Shown piece by piece: positions 27,334-35,388 of a stretch of DNA of 64,000 nucleotides. The notes under the pieces were generated by a model. The model was not told the origin of the DNA and ran no database searches. It saw nothing but the letters and a program-made list of their open reading frames with translations. The position numbers were made by a program, and so were the translations under genes. Position 1 is the stretch's first letter, and each line of letters starts with the position of its first letter. Source of the DNA: Enterobacter phage EC152; sequence record PP681140.1, one strand, 5' to 3'.

Positions 27334-27866
27334 TGACTGAATCAACAAGTTTTATTTTTGTTGTCGATACAGATTCCTATGCTGGTAATTTTGAGCGTGA
27401 CATGTGCGCTCATATCACCGGGCAGATTGGTGAATGCGGTGTTGGTGCAGAGTACCGCACCGATATTGAAGACCTAAAAGAAGACCATTACGATTTTGAT
27501 CTCGAAAAAATCTGTGAGTGGTTAGAAAATAATGTTCTCCAGGTTCCAGATGAACACGCCTGCTATCGCCCATGTGCGATTTACCCAACACCGGGGCGTA
27601 CAAACAACGGCGGTGGTGTGCATTCTGATGTGACCGCAAATAATCCATTCAAGTGGCCTGCATACGAAAGTGTAGCTATCTACATCCGTGAAGAACCACC
27701 TGAAGATGTGGTACGTTTCATGGTCATCCGTGCTAACACTTTCTATATTCGTGCGACCAAGTGGTCACCAGCCAAAGAAATCAAGGTAAAAGGTTGCAGA
27801 TTGGTTAAAGAAACGACAACTGTGAAAACAGAATCGAAATCTTTAGACTTTTCACTTGACATCTAA
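27333..27866 (+). CDS. hypothetical protein encoded between prs and nadV
   Basis: TAATG coupling to prs. 177 aa, Cys/His-containing, with no recognisable motif. Confidence 0.55.
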   Translation: MTESTSFIFVVDTDSYAGNFERDMCAHITGQIGECGVGAEYRTDIEDLKEDHYDFDLEKICEWLENNVLQVPDEHACYRPCAIYPTPGRTNNGGGVHSDVTANNPFKWPAYESVAIYIREEPPEDVVRFMVIRANTFYIRATKWSPAKEIKVKGCRLVKETTTVKTESKSLDFSLDI

Positions 27867-27919
27867 ACCGAACGGGGTGTAGAATCACCCCATCAAAACA
27901 CACAAAGGAGAAACAAAAC

Positions 27920-29611
27920 ATGCTGCATAAAGAAAGTCCACTTTGCCACGCTGACTTTTATAAACCTTCACACATCTCCATGTACGATCAACGTTCTGAG
28001 ATTGTTCAGGACAACATGACACCACGTAATGCAAAGCACTTCATTCATTTCGCTGATAATGACCAGCGTGTGATGATGGCTGGCCTGCAAGGTTTCATTA
28101 AGTGGTTCCTGATCGATATGTTTAACGAAAACTTTTTCAAAATGAAAAAGGAAGACGCTCTGGCCCAGTACAAAGAAATTTGTGATCTGAGCATCGGTCC
28201 GAACATGGTTGAAACATGGGGCTTTGAAAAACTTCACGACCTCGGTTATCTGCCACTGGAAATCCGCTCAATTCCTGAAGGTACACTGTCTCCAGTACAG
28301 GTTCCGCTGTTCACCATCCAGAACACGCACCCTGATTTCTACTGGTTGCCGAACTTCCTGGAAAGTGTGATCTCAGCAGAAACCTGGAAAACTATCACAA
28401 CTGCAACTACATTCTGGCAGTATCGTAAGCTGTCTGAAGCGTGGGCCGCTGAAACCTGTGACAACAATCTGCACGTTCCGTTCCAGAACCACTGCTTCGC
28501 GTATCGCGGTGAATCAGGTACTCACGATGCAGCACAGAGCGAGTTTGGTCAACTGATCAACTCAATGGGTACAGATACCATTCCTGCGATTCTGTATGCA
28601 ATGCGTTATTACAACATGAAAGGTAAGTTCGTTGCTGGTTCTATCCCCGCATCAGAACACAGTGTTGCAACAACTAACATTGGCTTTATCGTCGGTCGCC
28701 TGAAAACTGAAAATCCTGATCTGTCTCTGGATGAACTGCGTTTCCTGGCTGAAGTTGAATTCCTGAAACGCTACATCACGGAAATTTTCCCGAAAGGTTT
28801 TGTTTCCTACGTAGCAGACAGCTATGACTTCTGGGCGATTATCACCCGCGCAGCGCTGATTCTAAAAGAAGATATCATGGCTCGTGACGGTCGTGTTGTG
28901 TTCCGTCCTGACTCAGGTATTCCAGAGCACATCATCGCTGGGTATTATATCCTGCCTGGTGAATATAAAACCTGCTCAGACGCATTTGATGAGCTTGAGC
29001 GATTTGAAGGTCCATATACTCCTGAAGTTGTGAATGTGCAGGGGACTTGGTTCACCATTGAATATAACGAGTTCTCAGATACAACGATTACTCGTTCAGA
29101 ACTTACAGACCATGAAGTCAAAGGTGCAATCCAGTGCCTGTGGGAAATCTTTGGTGGTGAAATTAACTCCAAAGGCTACAAAGTTCTGGACAGTCATGTT
29201 GGCCTGATCTACGGTGACTCTATCACTGTCGCTCGTGCAAAAGACATCTTTGAACGTCTGAAAGACCATGGTTTTGCATCCAGCAACATTGTGTTCGGGG
29301 TTGGTTCTTATACCACACAGTACACAACCCGTGATTCACTGGGTATGGCTGTGAAGGCAACTGGTGCGGTTATTGATGGTCAGCAGATCATGGTTGTCAA
29401 AGAACCGAAGACTGATCTCGGTAAGAAATCTGCAAAAGGTTTCCTGAAGGTTGTTCGTGATGAGAATGGTGAACTGAAACTGGTTGACAATTGTCAGCTT
29501 GAAGATGTACAGTCTGACGATAACGAACTGCGTCGTGTGTTCTACAATGGCAAACTGATTGTCGATGAAGACCTGACAACGATTCGTGAACGAGCAGCCG
29601 CTCAACTGTAA
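27920..29611 (+). CDS. nadV: nicotinamide phosphoribosyltransferase
   Basis: 563-aa product starting MLHKESPLCHADFYKPSHISMYD, NAMPT-like throughout. Confidence 0.88.
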   Translation: MLHKESPLCHADFYKPSHISMYDQRSEIVQDNMTPRNAKHFIHFADNDQRVMMAGLQGFIKWFLIDMFNENFFKMKKEDALAQYKEICDLSIGPNMVETWGFEKLHDLGYLPLEIRSIPEGTLSPVQVPLFTIQNTHPDFYWLPNFLESVISAETWKTITTATTFWQYRKLSEAWAAETCDNNLHVPFQNHCFAYRGESGTHDAAQSEFGQLINSMGTDTIPAILYAMRYYNMKGKFVAGSIPASEHSVATTNIGFIVGRLKTENPDLSLDELRFLAEVEFLKRYITEIFPKGFVSYVADSYDFWAIITRAALILKEDIMARDGRVVFRPDSGIPEHIIAGYYILPGEYKTCSDAFDELERFEGPYTPEVVNVQGTWFTIEYNEFSDTTITRSELTDHEVKGAIQCLWEIFGGEINSKGYKVLDSHVGLIYGDSITVARAKDIFERLKDHGFASSNIVFGVGSYTTQYTTRDSLGMAVKATGAVIDGQQIMVVKEPKTDLGKKSAKGFLKVVRDENGELKLVDNCQLEDVQSDDNELRRVFYNGKLIVDEDLTTIRERAAAQL

Positions 29612-29615
29612 TCAA

Positions 29616-29638
29616 TAAGCCCCTTCGGGGGCTTTTCT
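29616..29638 (+). terminator. rho-independent terminator
   Basis: AAGCCCCTTCGGGGGCTTTTCT. Confidence 0.7.
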
Positions 29639-29650
29639 GATAGGTAGACT

Positions 29651-29962
29651 ATGGAAAATCCATGCAAGTGGCATGAAGTCCCAGTAGGAGATTGCCTTAC
29701 GTGTAATAACACACCAACAAACCCGTATTATATTAAGGAGCCTAAGATGTTTGGACCAGTAATGATGGAGTGTAAAGTCTGTAAACAGGAATTTGAAGCT
29801 GATCTTGAGGCTCATGGACCAGGTGTTTGCATCATTTCCTTTGGTTGTGGACATACAATGCACGCAACAAAAACAGAAACCCGCTGGGTAAACACGAAAA
29901 CGGGAAATGTAGATCTCGTTGAAACCGAAAAACAGATTAAGGGGTCTGATTTCAGTGCGTAA
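29651..29962 (+). CDS. Cys-rich zinc-ribbon protein (alternative start at 29747)
   Basis: CKWH...CLTC and CKVCK...FGCGHTMH motifs. An AAGGAG RBS precedes the internal ATG at 29747. Confidence 0.45.
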   Translation: MENPCKWHEVPVGDCLTCNNTPTNPYYIKEPKMFGPVMMECKVCKQEFEADLEAHGPGVCIISFGCGHTMHATKTETRWVNTKTGNVDLVETEKQIKGSDFSA

Positions 29963-30164
29963 TTACGTTGCAAAACACGACCATAACCGCGCTTCTGTAC
30001 ACACAGACCAGAAGAAAGCGTGGGAACCAGACGTTCTTGACGGTCTTGAGGAGCATTTCCTTGAGATAGAGAATCCGAAAGAGGATGAAGAAGAGCTAAC
30101 GCCAGAGCAAAAGCTGGCTATAGCAGAGTATTCACGGGGTGTCAAGGACTCTGGAATTGTTTGA
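29956..30164 (+). CDS. hypothetical acidic protein (GTG start, uncertain)
   Basis: The track ORF starts at a TTG without an RBS. A GTG at 29956 follows AAGGGG. Confidence 0.3.
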
Positions 30165-30193
30165 TTGACAAAAATAGTGACCGCTGATAAGAT
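30165..30193 (+). promoter_or_regulatory. sigma70 promoter TTGACA-N17-TAAGAT with TG extended -10
   Basis: TTGACAaaaatagtgaccgctgaTAAGAT. Confidence 0.6.
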
Positions 30194-30243
30194 CTAAGTT
30201 ATCGAAACAACTCGATTTCTTAATTAACTAACGGTAGGTCATT

Positions 30244-30489
30244 ATGTTTAAATTAAAACTTGTACACAAATCTGATAATGGAGAGTATATTGAACACGAA
30301 TCACATCACGTCACCCTGGACGAAGCGACTGAAGAAGCTGATGATATCGCTTTTGCTACGACTGGCTACGGCATTGAAGCCTGGAAATATGTTGCATCCT
30401 TCGGAGAAGAAGGCGGCTTATACTATTTCTACCCCGTTGACGGTGATTCCACGATCAAGTACGCTCTCCGAATCTTCAGGACAGTCTAA
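30244..30489 (+). CDS. hypothetical protein
   Basis: 81 aa. Confidence 0.5.
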   Translation: MFKLKLVHKSDNGEYIEHESHHVTLDEATEEADDIAFATTGYGIEAWKYVASFGEEGGLYYFYPVDGDSTIKYALRIFRTV

Positions 30490-30552
30490 AAACCGCAAGC
30501 AGCGCCGTGCTGAAGCGGCGATTACACGTTCAAAACGAAAAGGAGCAAAACG

Positions 30553-30672
30553 ATGAAAGAAGAATTTGACGGATTTATCGGTTATGGTGAAGGCATTCGC
30601 CAAGCTGAAGACGTAGATGTTTTCGTTGGTTTCGGAGAGGGTATTTCCTCTGAGGAAAACTGGGGGTTTTAA
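30553..30672 (+). CDS. micro-ORF (39 aa) with duplicated G(Y/F)GEGI motif
   Basis: AAAAGGAG RBS. Translation MKEEFDGFIGYGEGIRQAEDVDVFVGFGEGISSEENWGF. Confidence 0.35.
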   Translation: MKEEFDGFIGYGEGIRQAEDVDVFVGFGEGISSEENWGF

Positions 30673-30674
30673 AA

Positions 30675-30853
30675 ATGGACCAGTTTATTGAGTTCTCTGA
30701 GAGAGACTGGCCCCATGAAAGCCTGCGTGGTATGTACCACCACCTGGCTTGCAAGCAATGTGGTAAGCAGTATATCGGGCCAAAAAGAGAGGTGTTCTGT
30801 TTTATTTGTGAAAAAGATAAAAAATACATTGACAATAGAAAAGATAGTGCGTA
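30675..30853 (+). CDS. micro-ORF (59 aa) zinc-ribbon-like
   Basis: CKQCGK...CFIC motifs. The ORF overlaps the promoter that precedes tRNA-Met. Confidence 0.3.
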
Positions 30854-30857
30854 GTAT
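30829..30857 (+). promoter_or_regulatory. sigma70 promoter TTGACA-N17-TAGTAT
   Basis: TTGACAatagaaaagatagtgcgTAGTAT, located 20 nt upstream of tRNA-Met. Confidence 0.6.
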
Positions 30858-30877
30858 TCACCTCACCAAGACGAGAT

Positions 30878-30954
30878 GGTTCTGTAGCTTAGTTGGTTAG
30901 AGCGCTTCCCTCATAAGGAAGAGGTCGCAGGTTCAATCCCTGCCAGAACTACCA
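30878..30954 (+). tRNA. tRNA-Met(CAT)
   Basis: Cloverleaf with anticodon loop CTCATAA, T-loop TTCAATC and an encoded CCA. Confidence 0.8.
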
Positions 30955-30968
30955 AACGAGGAGAGACC

Positions 30969-31136
30969 ATGAATAAGATTTATGATTTTTTCGGAATTGG
31001 TAAACCCAAGAGTATGTCTTCAAACTGGGATTCCAGAATGGACTCATCTGTAGGGAATAGTAATTCTGTGTACGACCGTTACAATGTTTCACTCGGTCTT
31101 CATAAAGAAACGAAAAAAGATTCAAAAAACGATTGA
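30969..31136 (+). CDS. micro-ORF (55 aa)
   Basis: GAGGAGAGACCATG RBS. Its stop overlaps the -35 of the next promoter. Confidence 0.4.
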   Translation: MNKIYDFFGIGKPKSMSSNWDSRMDSSVGNSNSVYDRYNVSLGLHKETKKDSKND

Positions 31137-31161
31137 CAAAGGAAGTACGAAAGATTAGTAT
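31133..31161 (+). promoter_or_regulatory. sigma70 promoter TTGACA-N17-TAGTAT
   Basis: TTGACAaaggaagtacgaaagatTAGTAT. Confidence 0.6.
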
Positions 31162-31205
31162 TACCAACGTCAACAAGACATTAGCAAATAGAGGAGAAAT
31201 ACAAC

Positions 31206-31535
31206 ATGGCTAAGAAAAACGCAACTAAGAAAGTTTCTGCAATCGACGCAATCAAACAGCCTTTCCAGTTTGAGTCGAAGTCAACGCAGACTCACTCTGC
31301 ACCACACGATGTTCGTCTGGGCGGTGTAACCAAGACCGTTTCCATTCGTAAAAAGCGTCGTGATGAAGACGGCAACGTTGTATTCATCTGGGAATCCGTT
31401 TCCCGCGTTGAAGGCGGTCAGGTTATTTCTGCCTCACATCGTGTTCGCACTGGCAAGACCAAGCGTGAACGCGCTGGTAAAGCTAAAGACGCTAAGGTTG
31501 TTGAAGCCGTAGCGCCGAAAGGTAAGAAGAAGTAA
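31206..31535 (+). CDS. small lysine-rich basic protein (possible DNA-binding)
   Basis: GAGGAGAAATACAACATG RBS. 109 aa with K/R-rich termini. Confidence 0.6.
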   Translation: MAKKNATKKVSAIDAIKQPFQFESKSTQTHSAPHDVRLGGVTKTVSIRKKRRDEDGNVVFIWESVSRVEGGQVISASHRVRTGKTKRERAGKAKDAKVVEAVAPKGKKK

Positions 31536-31559
31536 TAAAGCTTTACTGAACTGATGGTT

Positions 31560-31743
31560 TGTGTTGAAATGGCGCTGTCGAAAATTGTCGGCAGGGTCAT
31601 AGTAAACAGTCGCCCCAGTTCGGTAATTAATTCCTCCGGCATGGGGATAGACGAAGCTGGCTGCGGCGATGCGTCTTAAAATAAAGGGCTGCGGCAACCG
31701 TGACGACCCCGTGCAACGTCTTGAAAAACACGGGACTGATTTT
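31560..31743 (+). ncRNA. structured non-coding region
   Basis: Hairpin CCCGTG...CACGGG plus T-tract near 31705-31743, and a GGCTGCGGC direct repeat. No tRNA fold was found. Confidence 0.3.
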
Positions 31744-31819
31744 GGGGTATTAACTCAGCGGTTAGAGTAGCGGCCTCTTAAGCCGAAGGTCGAAGGTTCG
31801 AATCCTTCATGCCCTACCA
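31744..31819 (+). tRNA. tRNA-Lys(CTT)
   Basis: Anticodon stem GCGGC/GCCGA with loop CTCTTAA. T-arm GAAGGTTCGAATCCTTC. CCA encoded. Confidence 0.75.
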
Positions 31820-31827
31820 AACAACGG

Positions 31828-32033
31828 GCTTTGGAAGTAATGCTTAATTACGGGTGAGGAATCCCCGGACCCCCAGCTTAGGGGTGCATCACGTAAGGTT
31901 CGAATCCTTACCTTCGCCCACCATTTTGAGAGAAAAGAGAACTGGGGTTCAACTCCCTTGTCTCGGAAGGCCCGCCTTCTAACAGGGCCGATAGCTTACG
32001 CAATGGTTAAAGCGCTTTTCTTTCAAAAACTGC
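31828..32033 (+). ncRNA. tRNA-like remnants
   Basis: A perfect T-arm TAAGGTTCGAATCCTTA followed by ...CGCCCACCA has no matching 5' acceptor strand. GCCGATAGCTTACGCAATGGTTAAAGCGC resembles a tRNA 5' half. Confidence 0.35.
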
Positions 32034-32062
32034 TTGACAATGAAATTTTTAAAGTGTAGTAT
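32034..32062 (+). promoter_or_regulatory. sigma70 promoter TTGACA-N17-TAGTAT
   Basis: TTGACAatgaaatttttaaagtgTAGTAT. Confidence 0.6.
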
Positions 32063-32093
32063 CACAACTCAATTTTACGCAAAGGAGAACTTA

Positions 32094-32705
32094 ATGTCTG
32101 ATTCTAAAACTGTAATTTCTGTAACTGAACGCGCTACCAAAGCTGTTGCAACTGCTGCCACTGGCCTGAGTAAGGTTGTTTCTGAACTGCAATCTCTGGC
32201 TGAAGGTTCTGAGCGTATCAGTCAAGAAATTCAGTTTAAACAGCAAGAGCTTGGCAATATCGAAGTGCAGTTCAACGAAAAGCTGGCTGAAGAAAAATCT
32301 AAGCTGAAGATCAAGGTTCTGGAAAATGAAGACGGTGTTCTGAACACTCTTCTGAAGGCTCGTGGCCTTGTAGCAATCGAGCCGGGTGTTGTTGATGGTC
32401 TGCGTTACGAACTGTCGGCTGCTCAGAACAATAACGAAGATGCGATCACCGCCGCAGTAGATGCTGCAAAACGTTCTGCCGCTATCGAACTGAACGCTGT
32501 TAAGTCCAATCTGGAATCAGCACACAAAGTTGCAATTGCCGAACTGAACGCCAATACTAAGGCAGACAAAGATCGTATTGCAATGCTGACCGAACAGCTT
32601 GAAGCAGCCCGTGCAGACCTGAAGGCAGAACGCGAAACCCGTCTGGAAATCGCTAAAGCTGATGCGAATCGTCAAGGTGTTGTAGTCAACACTGGTAAAA
32701 ACTAA
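32094..32705 (+). CDS. coiled-coil protein (203 aa)
   Basis: The ATG at 32094 follows AAGGAGAA. The longer track ORF from 32034 would include the promoter. Confidence 0.65.
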   Translation: MSDSKTVISVTERATKAVATAATGLSKVVSELQSLAEGSERISQEIQFKQQELGNIEVQFNEKLAEEKSKLKIKVLENEDGVLNTLLKARGLVAIEPGVVDGLRYELSAAQNNNEDAITAAVDAAKRSAAIELNAVKSNLESAHKVAIAELNANTKADKDRIAMLTEQLEAARADLKAERETRLEIAKADANRQGVVVNTGKN

Positions 32706-32714
32706 TACCGCTGT

Positions 32715-32732
32715 GCCGACACGGATGTCGGC
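32715..32732 (+). terminator. stem-loop GCCGACAcggaTGTCGGC (no U-tract)
   Basis: Perfect 7-bp stem after the stop at 32705. Confidence 0.35.
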
Positions 32733-32782
32733 AAACATTTGAAGTAAATTTAAAATTTAAAGTTCATTGAGAGGAGAATTAT

Positions 32783-33430
32783 ATGTCTACTAAGATTTCT
32801 GTAACCCGCGCTCTGGCAACTCTGACCAAGGTTGAGGGTAAGATCGAAAAGCGTATCGACCAGTTGAACACTGTTCAGATCGCAAAAGGGACCGAAGACC
32901 ACCGTTCGATCCCAGGTTCTCTGGTTAGCATTGCTGACTTCGAGACTTCTGCTAAGGCAGACTTCCAAGGCCTGCAAGACCTGCTGGCAGTACGTGATGA
33001 ACTGAAGGCGAAAGTTGTTCAGTCCAACGCAGTAACTCTTGTCACCGTTGGTGGTAAAGAGATGACGGTTGCTCAGGCAATTGAAGGCAAGCGCACAGTT
33101 GCTTACAAAGAACTGCTCCTGTCCAAACTGAAAGCGCAGTACAACTTCGCTCAGAAGCGCCTGGATAAAGAAGTCGCTGACTTCGAAACCAAGCTGGAAC
33201 AAGCCCGTGCTCCGTACATCAGTCGTGACAAAGCGCCTGATCCAGAGCAGATTAAGACGGTAGAAGGTCCGACCCGTCTGATGAGCACACCGTCTATCGT
33301 TGACCCACTGGGTCTGGCAGACGTAATCCGAAATCTGGAAACAGAGATCGAAGACTTCAAATCCAACGTTGACTTTGTGTTGTCCGAGTCCAACGCACGG
33401 ACTGAAGTAGAGATTGAGGGATCAATCTAA
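32783..33430 (+). CDS. coiled-coil/alpha-helical protein (215 aa)
   Basis: GAGAGGAGAATTATATG RBS. Confidence 0.65.
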   Translation: MSTKISVTRALATLTKVEGKIEKRIDQLNTVQIAKGTEDHRSIPGSLVSIADFETSAKADFQGLQDLLAVRDELKAKVVQSNAVTLVTVGGKEMTVAQAIEGKRTVAYKELLLSKLKAQYNFAQKRLDKEVADFETKLEQARAPYISRDKAPDPEQIKTVEGPTRLMSTPSIVDPLGLADVIRNLETEIEDFKSNVDFVLSESNARTEVEIEGSI

Positions 33431-33640
33431 AATAACTTGAGGAATTATGAAAAACATCTTGTAATTCCTCTCGTTAACTGATAAAGTTTCAAAATGCTGT
33501 TTTTGGTTAGCGAAGTTGGAAACATCTTGCCTCTACCGAGGCCGGAGGTTAAACTGCCTCGAACTTAATCATATAGGATGATACTTAACGTATGTTTCCG
33601 CAGACCACAACTCTGCCGAAATTATCGAATCGCGAATTCG

Positions 33641-33700
33641 AAAGACTTCAAAGTTCAACATTCAAAGATTAAAGTTCAAAGCTTAATGTTTAAACTTGAA
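33641..33700 (+). repeat. AT-rich iteron-like repeats (TTCAAAG x3 and related)
   Basis: cttcaaagttcaacattcaaagattaaagttcaaagcttaatg. Confidence 0.4.
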
Positions 33701-33817
33701 ACTTCTAAACCACAAAGCTAAAATTTCGTTGATTATTAAAATCCTGGGTCAAAGGTCCTTAGCTCACAAGATATGGCTAACCACACCTCCGGGCAGTTAA
33801 TCGGAAACAGCATTCTT

Positions 33818-33892
33818 GCTCCTAAAGCATAAGTGGCGATGCAGCGGCCTTGTAAGCCGAGGAAGTGGGTTCGATTCCTACTGGGAGCACCA
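33818..33892 (+). tRNA. tRNA-Thr(TGT)
   Basis: Acceptor GCTCCTA/TGGGAGC. Anticodon loop CTTGTAA. CCA encoded. Confidence 0.75.
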
Positions 33893-33898
33893 AACAAT

Positions 33899-33972
33899 TC
33901 GTTGATAGCCTTAGCGGTAAAGGCCCCCTCTGCGCAAGGGGTTCAGTGGTTCGAATCCACTTCAGCGAGCCA
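33899..33972 (+). tRNA. tRNA, anticodon ambiguous (GCG or TGC)
   Basis: T-arm AGTGGTTCGAATCCACT and 3' CCA. The acceptor starts with T. The anticodon loop CTGCGCA is non-canonical. Confidence 0.45.
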
Positions 33973-33974
33973 AT

Positions 33975-34083
33975 GCAGGGTAGGCGGTTTGTCAACCGCG
34001 AGGTCCATCCAGACCTGAAAATAGCTCTCGGCTTGGAGTGGAGAGTGAATACATAGGTGGTTAGATTCCACCACCCTGCTCCA
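33975..34083 (+). ncRNA. tRNA-like RNA with a ~35-nt insertion
   Basis: Perfect acceptor GCAGGGT/ACCCTGC, T-arm GGTGGTTAGATTCCACC and a CCA end. The internal arms do not form a canonical anticodon stem-loop. Confidence 0.4.
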
Positions 34084-34274
34084 AAACATATTTTAAAGTG
34101 CATTAGCTCAGATTATTTGATTCACGGACTGATCATCTGTGAGGAGAATGAGCCTAACTGAATGGAGTTTCAACGACAAAGGCCACGTTGTTGTAACAGA
34201 AGTTCTAAGGTCGTAGAGCGCTGTTCGCGGAGAACAGAGGTCGGTGGAGTCACCATGCAGCTTAAAATATGTTT

Positions 34275-34352
34275 GCGCTCTTGGTCCAATCTGGTAGAGG
34301 CATGGGTGTTAAGCTCCCAGGGTTCCCGGTTCGAGTCCGGGAGGGCGCACCA
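34275..34352 (+). tRNA. tRNA-like, anticodon undetermined
   Basis: Acceptor GCGCTCT/AGGGCGC, T-arm CCCGGTTCGAGTCCGGG and CCA. The D and anticodon arms pair poorly (region TGTTAAG). Confidence 0.4.
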
Positions 34353-34356
34353 GATA

Positions 34357-34431
34357 CGGGGTATAGTCTAGAGGATAGGCAGGAGTCTTCTAAACTCCTT
34401 TACGTGGGTTCGAATCCTACTACCTCGACCA
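34357..34431 (+). tRNA. tRNA-Arg(TCT)
   Basis: Anticodon stem GGAGT/ACTCC with loop CTTCTAA. CCA encoded. Confidence 0.7.
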
Positions 34432-34436
34432 CTTAT

Positions 34437-34510
34437 GCGCGGTTGCTGGAGTGGCAACAGCTTCGGCTGCAAACCGAATGTCAGGTGTTCGATTCACCTA
34501 CCGTGCTCCA
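34437..34510 (+). tRNA. tRNA-Cys(GCA)
   Basis: Anticodon stem TTCGG/CCGAA with loop CTGCAAA. CCA encoded. Confidence 0.75.
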
Positions 34511-34549
34511 AGTTGTTGATATTTTTTGCTATAAATGATAAAATAACCC

Positions 34550-34578
34550 TTGACAGAGATATTGAACTCTGATAACAT
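34550..34578 (+). promoter_or_regulatory. sigma70 promoter TTGACA-N17-TAACAT (TG extended)
   Basis: TTGACAgagatattgaactctgaTAACAT. Confidence 0.55.
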
Positions 34579-34596
34579 GAATAAGTGGGGTTAATT

Positions 34597-34962
34597 ATGG
34601 CAACAAAACAAGCACTTACCAAGCGTCGTAGAGGTAAGGGTCGTCCTTTAAAAGAGGAGTCTAACGCAATTCAGCTTGAGAAGAACATTCTTGACCTGAA
34701 AACAAAGATGATTGCTATGATCCCTGATGCACATATGGTCCTTCGTGATCTTATGATGAACAAGGATACTAAAGACAACATCCGTGAGAATATTGCTCGT
34801 TTCGTTATTGAAGAAGGTAAGCAAATGCTTTCTGATTACTTCGATGAAGAGAACGAAAATGAAGAAGAAACAAAGAACGTCGATGATGGTTCCGGAAAGG
34901 GCGCTGATAAACCAGTAGCAAAACCTTTCTCAACTGACATCGTACAGTTCAAACAAGGTTAA
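34597..34962 (+). CDS. hypothetical protein (121 aa)
   Basis: The ATG at 34597 (MATKQALTK) lies downstream of the promoter. The track ORF start at 34585 is less likely. Confidence 0.55.
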   Translation: MATKQALTKRRRGKGRPLKEESNAIQLEKNILDLKTKMIAMIPDAHMVLRDLMMNKDTKDNIRENIARFVIEEGKQMLSDYFDEENENEEETKNVDDGSGKGADKPVAKPFSTDIVQFKQG

Positions 34963-34964
34963 TT

Positions 34965-35052
34965 GGGGCGGTTCCCGGAGCGGCAAACGGGCGGGATTGT
35001 AAATCCCTTGGCATCGCGTCCTTCGTAGGTTCGAGTCCTACTCGCCCCACCA
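34965..35052 (+). tRNA. tRNA-Tyr(GTA), class II
   Basis: Long variable arm. Anticodon loop TTGTAAA. A73 and CCA. Confidence 0.7.
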
Positions 35053-35058
35053 ATTAAC

Positions 35059-35133
35059 GGGAGTATAGCTCAGTGGTAGAGCAAACGGTCGATAACCGTT
35101 AGGTCGCTGGTTCAAGCCCAGCTACTCCCACCA
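35059..35133 (+). tRNA. tRNA-Ile(GAT)
   Basis: Anticodon stem AACGG/CCGTT with loop TCGATAA. CCA encoded. Confidence 0.65.
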
Positions 35134-35139
35134 AACAAA

Positions 35140-35215
35140 GCGTTATTAGTGCAGTGGTCCAGCATCCCGTCCTTCCAAGTCGGTGACATCGGTTCGAATC
35201 CGATATAACGCTCCA
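35140..35215 (+). tRNA. tRNA-Gly(TCC)
   Basis: Anticodon loop CTTCCAA (one stem mismatch). T-arm ATCGGTTCGAATCCGAT. Confidence 0.6.
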
Positions 35216-35221
35216 ATTAAT

Positions 35222-35296
35222 GCTCCTATCGGCTAACGGTCAGGCCGCCAGACTTTCAATCTGGAAATCCGAGTTCGATTCTCGGTAGGAGTACCA
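35222..35296 (+). tRNA. tRNA-Glu(TTC)
   Basis: Anticodon stem CCAGA/TCTGG with loop CTTTCAA. Confidence 0.75.
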
Positions 35297-35303
35297 AATT
35301 TGT

Positions 35304-35380
35304 AGGGACTTAGCACAATTGGCTAGTGCAGCGGATTCCAAATCCGCAGGTTCTGGGTTCGAATCCCAGGGTCCCTGCCA
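35304..35380 (+). tRNA. tRNA-Trp(CCA)
   Basis: Anticodon stem GCGGA/TCCGC with loop TTCCAAA. Confidence 0.75.
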
Positions 35381-35388
35381 AATTATTT

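Noticed and set aside
29919-30164. TTG-initiated 81-aa ORF as given in the track
   Set aside because: There is no RBS at the TTG and it overlaps the preceding gene by 44 nt. A GTG start at 29956 is more plausible but still weak.
31828-31923. Complete tRNA call
   Set aside because: The T-arm and CCA are perfect, but no 5' acceptor strand complementary to the 3' end could be found. It is treated as a tRNA remnant.
33822-34538. Several 60-95-aa track ORFs on both strands
   Set aside because: They coincide with tRNA genes (Thr, Arg, Cys and others) and are most likely non-coding.
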